From NCBI GenBank assembly GCA_042584825.1, contig JBHOSK010000001.1, positions 1,777 through 65,776 of the forward strand: DNA of 64,000 nucleotides. Reading direction: 5' to 3'. Origin of the DNA: Candidatus Aenigmatarchaeota archaeon (lineage in GTDB: Archaea; Aenigmatarchaeota; Aenigmatarchaeia; GW2011-AR5). The position numbers and the translations under genes are program-made. Positions 20,183 through 30,170 of this stretch are shown here, one piece after another (within the stretch, counting starts at the first letter, position 1; each line of letters starts with the position of its first letter). Below the pieces are notes generated by a model. It was not told the origin of the DNA, did no database searches, and was given only the letters and a program-made list of their open reading frames with translations.

Positions 20183-20528
20183 ATGTGATATTATGTCGAT
20201 GCAAGAACAGATAGATAAAAACGATTTCGAAGGATTGGTAGTAACAGCGATAATAACAGCATTAGCATTTGTTATGGGTCTCTTTTGGAGAGACGCTATC
20301 ACCGAAACTATTAATCTTTTTGTGCCTGAAGAAGGAGAAGGTATAATATTCAAATACATCGTGGCTATAATAGCAACGCTTATAGTAATAGTGATGGCAT
20401 ATCTTTTGATAAGATTCCAAAAGATCGAATTAAGAAAAGAACTTAAGAAAACAAAAAGAATCACAAAAATAACGCCAATAAAAAAAGTAACGAAAATTGT
20501 AAGAACCACGAAAAATAAAAACCAATGA
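20169..20528 (+). CDS. Small membrane protein with basic C-terminal tail
   Basis: Two hydrophobic helices followed by a KKTKRITKITPIKK tail. Confidence 0.3.
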   Translation: MSFYKCDIMSMQEQIDKNDFEGLVVTAIITALAFVMGLFWRDAITETINLFVPEEGEGIIFKYIVAIIATLIVIVMAYLLIRFQKIELRKELKKTKRITKITPIKKVTKIVRTTKNKNQ

Positions 20529-20564
20529 TATTCCTTTCCGTTTACGTGGGAAGGGTTTCAATGC

Positions 20565-20663
20565 GCTCCTGTCGTCTAGCCCGGCCCATTGCCGTTTTTG
20601 GCTAAGTCGAAAGGATATGAGCCTTTCGAGCTCAGGACGCGGGTTCGAATCCCGCCGGGAGCA
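20565..20663 (+). tRNA. tRNA-Glu (anticodon TTC) with a ~24-nt insertion (candidate non-canonical intron) in the D-arm
   Basis: Acceptor gctcctg/cgggagc; the 5' part gtctagcccggccca matches the archaeal tRNA-Glu D-arm; anticodon stem tgagc/gctca with loop cTTTCga; T-arm gcgggttcgaatcccgc. The 99-nt length needs an extra ~24 nt (ttgccgtttttggctaagtcgaaa) between D-loop and D-stem. Confidence 0.6.
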
Positions 20664-20679
20664 TTATATACATGAAAAA

Positions 20680-21495
20680 ATGATGATTATTATGGATAAG
20701 ATAATAACACTAACCACAGACTTTGGGATACAATCCCAAGGAATAGGTAATATGGAAGGTATAATTTACAAAATAAACCCCAAAGCAAAAGTCATACACC
20801 TTATGCACGGATTACCTAGTTTTGATTTATTCATGGCAGCACGAACAATGGAAACGGTTTTCTACATGCCTCCTGGCTATCATGTTTGTGTTGTTGATCC
20901 TGGTGTTGGTACAAAAAGAAAAGGTATAATAGTAGAAACAAAACGCGGTGATTGTTTTATAGGTCCTGACAATGGATGCTTGATGACAGCACCAAGGTTA
21001 CTTGGTGGGATAAAAAAGATAGTTGAAATTACAAACAAAAAATATATGATAGAGCCAGTGTCACCAATATTTCATGGACGTCACGTATTTTCACCAGCAG
21101 CAGCTTACCTTTCAAAAGGCGTTAAAATAGAAGAATTTGGTAAAGAAATTAATTCTAAAAAATGCGTTGTAGCACCCTATGACGAAGCAACGTTCACTAA
21201 TAAAAAAACAGCAGCAACAATTATCAGCATAAATAAATTTGGTTCTTTTCATCTTAACATACTTTCAACCGAATGGGACAAAATGGGTGTAAAAAAAGGA
21301 GACAAGTTCGAACTAACAATTAATAGACGAACAGTTAAAATACCTTTTTCTGATACATTTGGAGATGTTGGAAGAGGTAAACCATTAATAATGAAAGACG
21401 ACTATGCTAGAACAGAAGTTGCATTAAACCTGGGTCGCTTTGTTGACAACTATCCAGCAACCCCAGGAGATAAAGTAATTATAAGAAAAGTTTGA
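20680..21495 (+). CDS. S-adenosyl-L-methionine hydroxide adenosyltransferase (DUF62 / SAM hydrolase family)
   Basis: N-terminal IITLTTDFG...GxxEGII signature of the DUF62 fluorinase-like family; the ORF-track start at 20617 overlaps the tRNA-Glu 3' end, so an internal Met is chosen. Confidence 0.75.
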   Translation: MMIIMDKIITLTTDFGIQSQGIGNMEGIIYKINPKAKVIHLMHGLPSFDLFMAARTMETVFYMPPGYHVCVVDPGVGTKRKGIIVETKRGDCFIGPDNGCLMTAPRLLGGIKKIVEITNKKYMIEPVSPIFHGRHVFSPAAAYLSKGVKIEEFGKEINSKKCVVAPYDEATFTNKKTAATIISINKFGSFHLNILSTEWDKMGVKKGDKFELTINRRTVKIPFSDTFGDVGRGKPLIMKDDYARTEVALNLGRFVDNYPATPGDKVIIRKV

Positions 21496-21537
21496 TGTCA
21501 ACGAAATACTTTTATCCTTTTCCCACAAAGTTATTGT

Positions 21538-21720
21538 ATGACAGACGAAGAATCATGTGGATGCAGTTGTGAACACAAAGAAGGAGATAAAGAAGAAACA
21601 AAAGAAACATGCAACTGCTGTGAAAGCTGCACAAACGCACCAGGTTGTACTTGCGGATGCGAAAGTTGCAAATATTGCAAGCCCGCAGAAGAATCAAAAC
21701 CTGAAGAAAAAGCAGAATAA
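21538..21720 (+). CDS. Cysteine-rich metallothionein-like small protein
   Basis: 13 Cys in 60 aa arranged as CxC, CxCC and CxxC clusters (CGCSCEH...CNCCESC...CTCGCESCKYC) with an acidic/Lys-rich remainder. Confidence 0.45.
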   Translation: MTDEESCGCSCEHKEGDKEETKETCNCCESCTNAPGCTCGCESCKYCKPAEESKPEEKAE

Positions 21721-21740
21721 ATTAATATTATTTTTTTATT

Positions 21741-22814
21741 TTATTCTTCTTTTTTATCTTTTTCCATTACAACCTTTCTAACAGGCCATGAAATTTCTAT
21801 ACCTTCCTGGTCGTATCTTTTCTTTAGCGCCTTTATGAATTCATGTGTTACAAGATACTTATCAACAAACTTCTCAACACGAAGAATTACAGAAAAATTT
21901 ATGTTTGAATCACCAAACTCATTAAATCTTACAAGTGGTTCATAATCTTTCTTACCACCCGGTACGTTTTGTAAAACAGATTTACCAACCTCTTTTGTTA
22001 TTTTTTCAACTCTATCCAAATCCTCATTATAACCAACACCACAAGAAATAATAACACCCATTTCTTGATGAGGTGAATTATAATCTGTTATAATAGAATT
22101 TGCAAGCGTGGCATTTGGTACAATCACATAATTGTTTGGTAATGTCTTTATTCTAGTTGAGCGCCAACCAATCTCATCTACATAACCCTTTACACCATTA
22201 TCAAGTTCTACAAAATCTCCAACATGCATTACTTTATCTGATATAATGAAAGCGCCCGCAAACAATCCCGATAATGTATCTTGCAAAGCAAGCGCAATTG
22301 CAAGTCCACCAATACCAAGACCCGCAACAAGAGGCGTTATCTCTATTCCAAATGCCCGCAGGATTATCATCAACGCAATAGCAATAACAAATACGTTAAT
22401 GATCTTTTTTATCATAGGCAACAAGGTATCATCCATCTTTGTTTGCGTTTTTTGTGACACCTCTTTAGCATACCATGTAAAAAATGCACCAATAAAACGC
22501 ATTGCAGTATATGCACTAAGCAGTATCCAAATTATTGTAAAACCCAATCTTACGGTATTCATATATGCAGCAAAATAACTCATAAACCCTACAGCAATGA
22601 AAACACCAGCAAGTATTATGCCAATATATATCGGCTTTCTTATTGCATGTAAAATAAGCTCATCTAGTATAGTTTTTGTCTTTGACGTTACATGAAGCAC
22701 AGCCCGTGAAAAAACAACCATGAATATCTTTGCAATTATCACAGAGCCTATGATAATCATAGCTGCAAGAATGAACTCACCATAAGGAAGAGCCGTTATT
22801 ACTTCTAATACCAT
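21741..22814 (-). CDS. Small-conductance mechanosensitive channel (MscS family)
   Basis: N-terminal TM helices followed by an MscS beta-domain region (ISDKVMHVGDFVELDNGVKGYVDEIGWRSTRI). Confidence 0.8.
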   Translation of the reverse strand: MVLEVITALPYGEFILAAMIIIGSVIIAKIFMVVFSRAVLHVTSKTKTILDELILHAIRKPIYIGIILAGVFIAVGFMSYFAAYMNTVRLGFTIIWILLSAYTAMRFIGAFFTWYAKEVSQKTQTKMDDTLLPMIKKIINVFVIAIALMIILRAFGIEITPLVAGLGIGGLAIALALQDTLSGLFAGAFIISDKVMHVGDFVELDNGVKGYVDEIGWRSTRIKTLPNNYVIVPNATLANSIITDYNSPHQEMGVIISCGVGYNEDLDRVEKITKEVGKSVLQNVPGGKKDYEPLVRFNEFGDSNINFSVILRVEKFVDKYLVTHEFIKALKKRYDQEGIEISWPVRKVVMEKDKKEE

Positions 22815-22975
22815 ATTAATGTATTATAAGAGCATTTTTTAATTCTTTCCTAACCAACAAATAGTAAATTCATCCTAAAACAATCTTTATATAAATTACC
22901 TCTTAACTATATTTAGAACTTTTAATGATTATTAAAAGTTCGTGTATGAGATATTTAGTATCCAGGTGATTAAAA

Positions 22976-24832
22976 ATGACAACAGCTTATCCGCAGGCAG
23001 AACCAAAATCTCTTGATGAGTTTGAATCTGTAGCAACATCTCCCCATGTTAAAGATTTTTCGTTAGAGCGCAAACAGAGTTTAATTGATTTAGTCAAAAA
23101 CCAAGGAGATAGTATAAAATTATTGAAATTCCATCAAAGCATATGTCCTGGTTGTGTTGAAGAATCAAATTTTAATGAGATGAAAATAGATGCACTTACC
23201 TACGCAAAAAACGATAAAGTTTGGCAAATTAAAAAATGTAACAAACACGGTGTTTTCAAGGAAGTTTCATGGTCAAGTTTTGAAATATACAAAAGAGCTG
23301 AACAGTATCAGGATCCTGGCGTAACGATTGAAAATCCGAAAATCAATAAGAAGGACATAAATTGTCCTGCTGATTGTGGTCTTTGTAATGAACACGAATC
23401 TCACACAAATCTTGGAAATATTGTTGTTACAAACAGATGTGATTTAAGTTGCTGGTATTGTTTCTTTTATGCAAAGAAAAACGATCCAATATATGAACCA
23501 TCAATGGATCAATTAAAAGCAATGTTAAAAAATATGCGTGATACAAAACCAATTGGAGCAAATTCCGTCCAGTTTACTGGTGGTGAACCAACATTAAGAG
23601 AAGATATAGTTGAAATAGTAAAAGCCGCCAAAGATTTGGGTTATAGTCATATACAACTCAATACAAATGGAATAAACCTTGCAAAATCACCCGAACTTTG
23701 CAAAAATCTAAAAGAAGCGGGTGTAAGCAACCTTTACTTGAGTTTTGATGGTGTAACAGTACAAACAAACCCAAAAAATTATTGGGAAGCACCAAAAGCA
23801 ATAGAAAATTGTCACAAAGCTGGTATTGGTGTTGTTTTGGTTCCAACAGTAATTGGTGGAATAAATGATCATGAAATAGGAGATATTCTAAGGTTTGCTG
23901 CAGGAAACATCCATGCAGTAAGATCTGTTAATTACCAACCAGTGTCTTTGGTAGGACAAATGCCAGATAAAATGAGAAGAAAACAAAGAATTACAATTCC
24001 AACCACAATGAAAAGAATAGAAGAACAAACAGATGGACAACTAACAAAAGACGACTTCTTCCCTATTCCATGCGCAAAGAATGTTACAAATTTTGTAGAA
24101 ATTATGAAAAACAAACCAAAATATCGTTTATCAACACATTTCCAGTGCGGAATGGCAACCTATGTTTTCAAAGAAGGTGATAAGCTAATACCACTGCCAC
24201 AATTTTTTGATGTACAAGGATTTTTTGAATATCTTGGAAACCTAACAGAAGGAGTAAAACAATCAGGAAAATTGAAAAAATATTGGTCAGTGATGAAACT
24301 AATGAAAAAAATTGGTTCTTTTGTAGATGATGATAAAAAACCAAAAGATCTAAAATTCTCAAAAATATTAGCAGGAGTTATTGGTGGTGGGGATTATCAC
24401 GGTCTTGCAGAATTCCATCAAAAATCATTATTCGTAGGAATGATGCATTTTCAGGATCCATACAACTGGGATATTGATAGAGTACATAAATGCAGTATTC
24501 ATTATGCAACACCCGACGGATCTATTTTACCATTCTGTACATTCAACGTTATACCCGAATTATATAGAGATAAAATACAAAGAGCTTTTTCCATATCACA
24601 AGAAGAATGGGAAAACAAAACAGGCAAGAAGTTGGCTGATGATGCTCATAAGAGAAATTACACACCAGATCAGATAAAAGAAATAGATGAAAATTATGCA
24701 AGATTTAGAAGACCTGCAGACAAAGCAACACTCGAAGACGAATGGGGAAATGAAGAAGGAACAGAAAATACAATGTCATCTGAAAATGGTTCAAAACCAA
24801 AACACCCAGCAGGCGGTTGTGGAAGCTGTTAA
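22976..24832 (+). CDS. Radical SAM enzyme with N-terminal zinc-ribbon and an auxiliary CX3CX2C motif
   Basis: CDLSCWYC radical-SAM motif plus GGEPTL; upstream CPADCGLC and CPGC...CNKHG cysteine clusters; 618 aa. Confidence 0.75.
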   Translation: MTTAYPQAEPKSLDEFESVATSPHVKDFSLERKQSLIDLVKNQGDSIKLLKFHQSICPGCVEESNFNEMKIDALTYAKNDKVWQIKKCNKHGVFKEVSWSSFEIYKRAEQYQDPGVTIENPKINKKDINCPADCGLCNEHESHTNLGNIVVTNRCDLSCWYCFFYAKKNDPIYEPSMDQLKAMLKNMRDTKPIGANSVQFTGGEPTLREDIVEIVKAAKDLGYSHIQLNTNGINLAKSPELCKNLKEAGVSNLYLSFDGVTVQTNPKNYWEAPKAIENCHKAGIGVVLVPTVIGGINDHEIGDILRFAAGNIHAVRSVNYQPVSLVGQMPDKMRRKQRITIPTTMKRIEEQTDGQLTKDDFFPIPCAKNVTNFVEIMKNKPKYRLSTHFQCGMATYVFKEGDKLIPLPQFFDVQGFFEYLGNLTEGVKQSGKLKKYWSVMKLMKKIGSFVDDDKKPKDLKFSKILAGVIGGGDYHGLAEFHQKSLFVGMMHFQDPYNWDIDRVHKCSIHYATPDGSILPFCTFNVIPELYRDKIQRAFSISQEEWENKTGKKLADDAHKRNYTPDQIKEIDENYARFRRPADKATLEDEWGNEEGTENTMSSENGSKPKHPAGGCGSC

Positions 24833-24841
24833 TATTCTAAT

Positions 24842-25318
24842 TTATGGTAAACTTATTTCAGATAACATATCCAAATAATTTCCCAAACGTTTCACTTCTT
24901 TTTCAAGAATTTCTATCTTTTTCGTTAATCTTTCTTTTTCTTCTGTTTTCAGAGTATCAAGCTTTTTTCTACTATTTTGGAAATCAGATAAAGAAACCTC
25001 TATACTTTTTTTGACTTTGATTATTATCGCATTTTTCAATGCTTCTAAAAGATCTCCATATAGTTCTACATACAGTTTTCTGTCACCCGTTTTTTTCACT
25101 CTTTTTATTGTACCCAAAACCTCCAATAAATCCAAAGAAAGTGAAATCATTGATATAGAATAACCGGTTTCAGTGGCTATCTCCTGTAATGACATAGGCC
25201 TATCTTTAACGAGTAAAGCGCCAATTATACCACCATGTAATGGCGAATAGCCCAACGCATTTGCAACATCAGAAAATGTAGAAAAGATTTTTTTTTCAAT
25301 ATCTTTTTCAGCAGACAT
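24842..25318 (-). CDS. Winged-helix transcriptional regulator (MarR/GbsR-like) with C-terminal coiled coil
   Basis: HTH segment SLQEIATETGYSISMISLSLDLLEVLGTI followed by a Lys/Glu-rich helical tail. Confidence 0.45.
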   Translation of the reverse strand: MSAEKDIEKKIFSTFSDVANALGYSPLHGGIIGALLVKDRPMSLQEIATETGYSISMISLSLDLLEVLGTIKRVKKTGDRKLYVELYGDLLEALKNAIIIKVKKSIEVSLSDFQNSRKKLDTLKTEEKERLTKKIEILEKEVKRLGNYLDMLSEISLP

Positions 25319-25365
25319 ATTTTTTAATAATTAATAACATTTAAATAAGTTAGGAATTATTTTAT

Positions 25366-25614
25366 TTGAACAAAACCGGTGATTATATGACAGAACCAAT
25401 CAAAAAGGACATGAAAATAGGAGACATTGTTAGTAAATATCCAGAAGCAGCAATAGTGCTTTCAGCACACGGATTACACTGTATTGGATGTCATGTAAGC
25501 CAATATGAAACATTAGAAGAGGGGTGTCTCGCACACGGAATAAGCAATGAAGACATCGATAAAATGATAAACGAACTTAATGAATATTTATCAAAAAGAG
25601 ACCAGGTGATATAA
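25366..25614 (+). CDS. DUF1858 (hybrid-cluster-protein-associated redox disulfide) domain protein
   Basis: IGDIVSKYPEAAIVLSAHGLHCIGCHVSQYETLEEGCLAHGI matches the DUF1858 pattern. Confidence 0.55.
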   Translation: MNKTGDYMTEPIKKDMKIGDIVSKYPEAAIVLSAHGLHCIGCHVSQYETLEEGCLAHGISNEDIDKMINELNEYLSKRDQVI

Positions 25615-25874
25615 TGGCTAAATTTAAAATACAGCACGATAGACCAAATTGTATTGGTTGCGGTGCATGCACAGCGGTTGCACCAGACCTTTGGAAAATG
25701 AATGATTCAGACGGTAAATCAGATTTAATAGGATCAAAAGACATCGAAAAAGACGGAAACAAAACACAAGAGCTCGATTTGGACGATATTGGTAAAAACA
25801 AAGAAGCTGCTGATTGTTGTCCTGTAAATGTCATTCACATTACAGACTTAGAAAATAACAAAAAAATAATTTAA
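25614..25874 (+). CDS. Mono-cluster 4Fe-4S ferredoxin (divergent Fer4_13-type)
   Basis: CIGCGACTAVAP ... CCPVNVI. Confidence 0.55.
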   Translation: MAKFKIQHDRPNCIGCGACTAVAPDLWKMNDSDGKSDLIGSKDIEKDGNKTQELDLDDIGKNKEAADCCPVNVIHITDLENNKKII

Positions 25875-25982
25875 TTTTTACTGAATTAATGAAAATACGA
25901 ATTCTATGAGATCTAGCAATAAAAAAGACTTAAATACCTTATGTGACAAGTCGATTATAACATAGTCTCAAATATCAGAACG

Positions 25983-26603
25983 GTGACCAATATGAAAATA
26001 TTAGCAGCATCAGATGTCGAAGGAGATACGCGAGCTGTTAAAAAGCTCGCAGAAAAAGCGGAAAAAGAAAACGTAGATTTAGTGCTACTTTGTGGAGATA
26101 TAACAGATTTTGATATGAACACAGAGGGTATGATTGGTCCATTTTTAGAAAAAAACAAAAAAGTAGCATTTGTATCAGGAAATCATGATATGCCAGCAGC
26201 AACAGAGTTCTTGACCGAAAAATACAAAATACCCAACATACAGTATCACGCATTTAAGATTGATAATGTTGGATTTTTTGGTTGTGGTGGTGTAAATGTA
26301 AACTTAGGGTTTAATGTTATGGACGATGAAACAATGTTTAACTATATAAAAAGAGGATTCACGTATATTGAAGATGCTGAAAAAAAAATTCTGGTCACAC
26401 ATTTACACTCAGCAGATTCAACAGCAGATAAAGAATTTTTCATTGAAGGTAGTGGTGGTAAAGGTATAAAAGCAGCCATCGATGTGTTTAAGCCAGATAT
26501 ACATCTATCAGGACATATGCACGAGTTTGAAGGTGCAGTAGATTATATTGGAAAAACAAAATTGATGTCTGTCGGTAAGAACGGAACTATATTTGAAATA
26601 TAA
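25983..26603 (+). CDS. Calcineurin-like metallophosphoesterase
   Basis: GDITDF, GNHD and GHMH metal-binding motifs. Confidence 0.7.
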   Translation: MTNMKILAASDVEGDTRAVKKLAEKAEKENVDLVLLCGDITDFDMNTEGMIGPFLEKNKKVAFVSGNHDMPAATEFLTEKYKIPNIQYHAFKIDNVGFFGCGGVNVNLGFNVMDDETMFNYIKRGFTYIEDAEKKILVTHLHSADSTADKEFFIEGSGGKGIKAAIDVFKPDIHLSGHMHEFEGAVDYIGKTKLMSVGKNGTIFEI

Positions 26604-27468
26604 ATTATGTATTGGGGTCTATAATATGTTATTAGAAATGCATGCACACACAACTTATTCGAGAAGAATGAAAGTTAAATACGATGGAGTTTCTACACCC
26701 GAAGAGATTATTAAGGCTGCGAAAGCAGCAAACCTTGATGCGATCACAATAACAGATCATAACACAATGTACGGTTATCAGAAAGCCAAAAAATATGGGA
26801 AAAAATATGGTGTAAAGGTTTTTCCTGGTGAGGAAATATCTTCTATCGATGGCCATGTTATTGGTTTTGGAATAAATCAACAAATTCGTGCTGGTATGAC
26901 TGCAGAAGAAACAATTGATAAGATACATAATCAAGGCGGAATTGCAATAGCAGTTCACCCATTTGATCTACACAACAAGGGAATAAAAGAAAAAGCATTG
27001 AAATGTGATGCTACGGAAATGTTCAATGCAATAAATATAGAAAGACTTTCGAATATAAAAGCAAGACGTTTTATTATGAAAAACAAGCTGCCATATACAG
27101 CAGGAAGTGATGCGCATTCTGCAGAAATGGTTGGTCGTGCAGTTAATGATCTTGACACAACATCCATCGATTCTGTTATAAGAAGCATAAAGAAAAGAAA
27201 GAACAAACTACACACAAGATACCACCCAGCCATGACAATTAGAAATTGGGCAATAAGAAGAGTTGTTTTATCAGACGATCATATTAAACGATATATAGAA
27301 AATAACTATAGCGGTGCTAAAAAACACGTAAGTAACAAGATGTTATCAATAACAAGATTTGGCAATGATATGGATAAGCTTTTCAGTACATTAACATACT
27401 TCAGTTTTTATAGCGCAATATTATACGGACTTTTTAAAGAAACAAAAAACTTTTTGAATCCAAGATAA
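26593..27468 (+). CDS. PHP-domain phosphoesterase
   Basis: HAHTTYS ... ITDHNT ... AVHP ... GSDAHS histidine motifs; the true start may be the internal Met near 26626. Confidence 0.65.
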   Translation: MKYKLCIGVYNMLLEMHAHTTYSRRMKVKYDGVSTPEEIIKAAKAANLDAITITDHNTMYGYQKAKKYGKKYGVKVFPGEEISSIDGHVIGFGINQQIRAGMTAEETIDKIHNQGGIAIAVHPFDLHNKGIKEKALKCDATEMFNAINIERLSNIKARRFIMKNKLPYTAGSDAHSAEMVGRAVNDLDTTSIDSVIRSIKKRKNKLHTRYHPAMTIRNWAIRRVVLSDDHIKRYIENNYSGAKKHVSNKMLSITRFGNDMDKLFSTLTYFSFYSAILYGLFKETKNFLNPR

Positions 27469-27525
27469 ACCTTTTTAAGCTTTAGAACAAAATAAATTTT
27501 AATCATTAATTTTAAGGGTGATATT

Positions 27526-28128
27526 ATGACAGAAAAACTTCCAGAATTACCTTATTCATACGATGCATTGGAACCTTACATAGACGAAGAAACAATGAAA
27601 ACACACCACTCAAAACACCACCAAACATATGTGAACAATTTTAATGCAGCAGTTGAAGGCACAGAGCTATCTGGTAAATCAGTCGAAGAAATCTTGAAAG
27701 ACATTAACAGCATTCCTGAAAAAATAAGAACATTAGTAGTGAATCATGGTGGAGGTCACGCAAACCATAAGTTTTTTTGGTCAATTCTAAAAAAAGATGC
27801 GGAACCCGAAGGAGAAATACTAATAGCAATTGAAAAAAAATTTGGAAACTACGATTCATTCAAGGAACAGTTCTCAAATGCAGCAACAAAACTATTTGGT
27901 AGCGGTTGGGCATGGCTTGTGGTTAATAATGGTGAACTAGAAATAGTACAAACACTAAATCAAGCAACCCCAATAAGTGAAGGAAAAACACCACTGATAA
28001 CAATTGATGTTTGGGAGCATGCATATTATCTGAAATATAAGAACAAAAGACCAGATTATGTTAGTGCATTCTTCAATATTATCGATTGGAATAAGGTAAA
28101 TGAGTTGTATTTAGAAGCAATTAAGTGA
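27526..28128 (+). CDS. sod: Fe/Mn superoxide dismutase
   Basis: [23 protein letters not shown] and DVWEHAYY motifs. Confidence 0.9.
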   Translation: MTEKLPELPYSYDALEPYIDEETMKTHHSKHHQTYVNNFNAAVEGTELSGKSVEEILKDINSIPEKIRTLVVNHGGGHANHKFFWSILKKDAEPEGEILIAIEKKFGNYDSFKEQFSNAATKLFGSGWAWLVVNNGELEIVQTLNQATPISEGKTPLITIDVWEHAYYLKYKNKRPDYVSAFFNIIDWNKVNELYLEAIK

Positions 28129-28211
28129 TTCTAAGAGTAAGATGAATAGATAGAGCCATATTCCTAGAAAAGACAAAAAATTTATTTAAACAAAGAAAAT
28201 AAATCAATAAC

Positions 28212-28649
28212 ATGGCAAAGCTCTTTACTATAGAAGAAGCAGCAGAAAAAATACCCAGAATTACTGAAATATTCAATGAAATGTATGATAATAGAGAAAA
28301 ACTATTCATAGTAAAGAAAGAAATAAAATGGCTTAAAAAATTCTGGGGAGCAGAGCTTAATGAATATAATCCAGACAAAGAAAAAATATCTATGCTAAGA
28401 GATATCGCAACCGACGTATCAGGTCAAATACTTGAAAATATAAAAGAATTGGAATGTATAGGATGTGTTATAGAAGATCTTGAAAAAGGAATAATAAATT
28501 TCTATCACAATCAGAAAGAAGAGCTAGTATTCCTATGCTGGTCTTATGGTGAAAATGGTATAAACCATTGGCACACACTAAATGAAAGATTTGAGAGACG
28601 AAAACCCATAAAAGATCTGATAAAAAAATTTAAAATCCCAAGAGGATAA
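28212..28649 (+). CDS. Hypothetical conserved protein
   Basis: 145 aa, no recognisable motif. Confidence 0.3.
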   Translation: MAKLFTIEEAAEKIPRITEIFNEMYDNREKLFIVKKEIKWLKKFWGAELNEYNPDKEKISMLRDIATDVSGQILENIKELECIGCVIEDLEKGIINFYHNQKEELVFLCWSYGENGINHWHTLNERFERRKPIKDLIKKFKIPRG

Positions 28650-28658
28650 TTAATAGAG

Positions 28659-30131
28659 GTGTTATTTATGAAAGTACATATAAATTCAAAAAAACCACAC
28701 ACATTTTCTACCGAATTGCTAACTATTGCTGTATACGAAAAGGAGATTAATAAAGAAACATTAAACATAGATAAAATGCTACACGGCACTATAACAAAAA
28801 TAATCAAAACAAAAAAATTCAAAGGAGAGTTCTGTGAAAGCTATATCATTACTACACACGGAAAACTAATGGCAGAATCTATACTATTATTAGGTTTAGG
28901 GAAAAGAAAAGAATTCGATAATGATAAATTGAGAAAAATAGCCGCCATTTCTGTCAAGACTGCAAAATCAAAAAACTCTAAGACAATGGGATTTTTTATA
29001 TCGGATCTAGATGAAAATAAAGCGCAAGCAATAACAGAAGGAGCGTTATTGGGAAATTACCAATTCACAAAATTTAAAACAATTGACAAAGAAAAAATAA
29101 AAAAAGTAGATTCTTTTACAATAGTATCAAGTAAAAGTGGAGCAGAAAAAGGAGTAGAAACAGGAAAAATAATTTCTGAATCTGTTAACTATACACGTAA
29201 TTTGGTTAACATGCCACCATCACGTCTTACTCCAAAAGAATTTCTTAAAGAAGCAAAAAAAATTGCGCACGAAGGCAAACTTAAAATAAAAATAATTGAC
29301 AAAAATGAAATGAAAAAATTAGGAATGAATTGTTTTCTAGCCGTTTCCCGCGGAAGTTCAGAAGAACCATACCTTGTTATACTCGAATACAACGGTGGCA
29401 AAAAAAAGGTTGCATTAGCAGGCAAAGGGATTACATTTGATTCAGGCGGTCTTAATCTAAAACCAACCGGTTATATGATTGACATGAAATCGGACATGGG
29501 CGGAGCAGCAACAGTTTTAGGAACAATGAAAACTATAGCAAAACTGAAACCAAAACTCCACGTTATTGGCGCAATGGCATTATCAGAGAATATGCCTGGA
29601 CAAAGCGCTATCAAACCAGGTGATGTTGTGAAATCATATAATGGAAAAACAGTTGAAATTAATAATACAGATGCAGAGGGGCGTTTAGTATTGTCTGATA
29701 CACTATCATACACAGAAAGGCAATACAACCCAGATGCAATAATAGATCTCGCAACACTTACAGGCGCTTGTGTTGTTGCACTTGGAAATATAGCGGCCGG
29801 TTTAATGGGGAGTGATGAAAAATTAATTAAAAAAATAAAATCAGCCAGCAAAATAACATCCGAAAAAGTATGGCAACTTCCTTTATGGGTCGAATACAAA
29901 GAGCTCATAAAAGGTACAATAGGGGATATTGTAAACGCCTCTAGATCAAGATCTATGGGACCAGGAACAATAACCGCAGCAGCGTTCCTGAATAATTTTG
30001 TAGAAAAAACACCATGGGCACATCTTGATATTGCAGGAACAGCATTTATTCCAGAAGAAAGAGAATACGAAGGTAAAGATGCAACGGGCTGGGGCGTCCG
30101 TTTACTAACACAGCTTATTCTAGACTGGTAA
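28659..30131 (+). CDS. pepA: Leucyl aminopeptidase (peptidase M17)
   Basis: NTDAEGRL motif and M17 catalytic-domain layout. Confidence 0.85.
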   Translation: MLFMKVHINSKKPHTFSTELLTIAVYEKEINKETLNIDKMLHGTITKIIKTKKFKGEFCESYIITTHGKLMAESILLLGLGKRKEFDNDKLRKIAAISVKTAKSKNSKTMGFFISDLDENKAQAITEGALLGNYQFTKFKTIDKEKIKKVDSFTIVSSKSGAEKGVETGKIISESVNYTRNLVNMPPSRLTPKEFLKEAKKIAHEGKLKIKIIDKNEMKKLGMNCFLAVSRGSSEEPYLVILEYNGGKKKVALAGKGITFDSGGLNLKPTGYMIDMKSDMGGAATVLGTMKTIAKLKPKLHVIGAMALSENMPGQSAIKPGDVVKSYNGKTVEINNTDAEGRLVLSDTLSYTERQYNPDAIIDLATLTGACVVALGNIAAGLMGSDEKLIKKIKSASKITSEKVWQLPLWVEYKELIKGTIGDIVNASRSRSMGPGTITAAAFLNNFVEKTPWAHLDIAGTAFIPEEREYEGKDATGWGVRLLTQLILDW

Positions 30132-30170
30132 TAAAAAAGTTTAAATAGGTAACTATGTATAATAGCAGAT

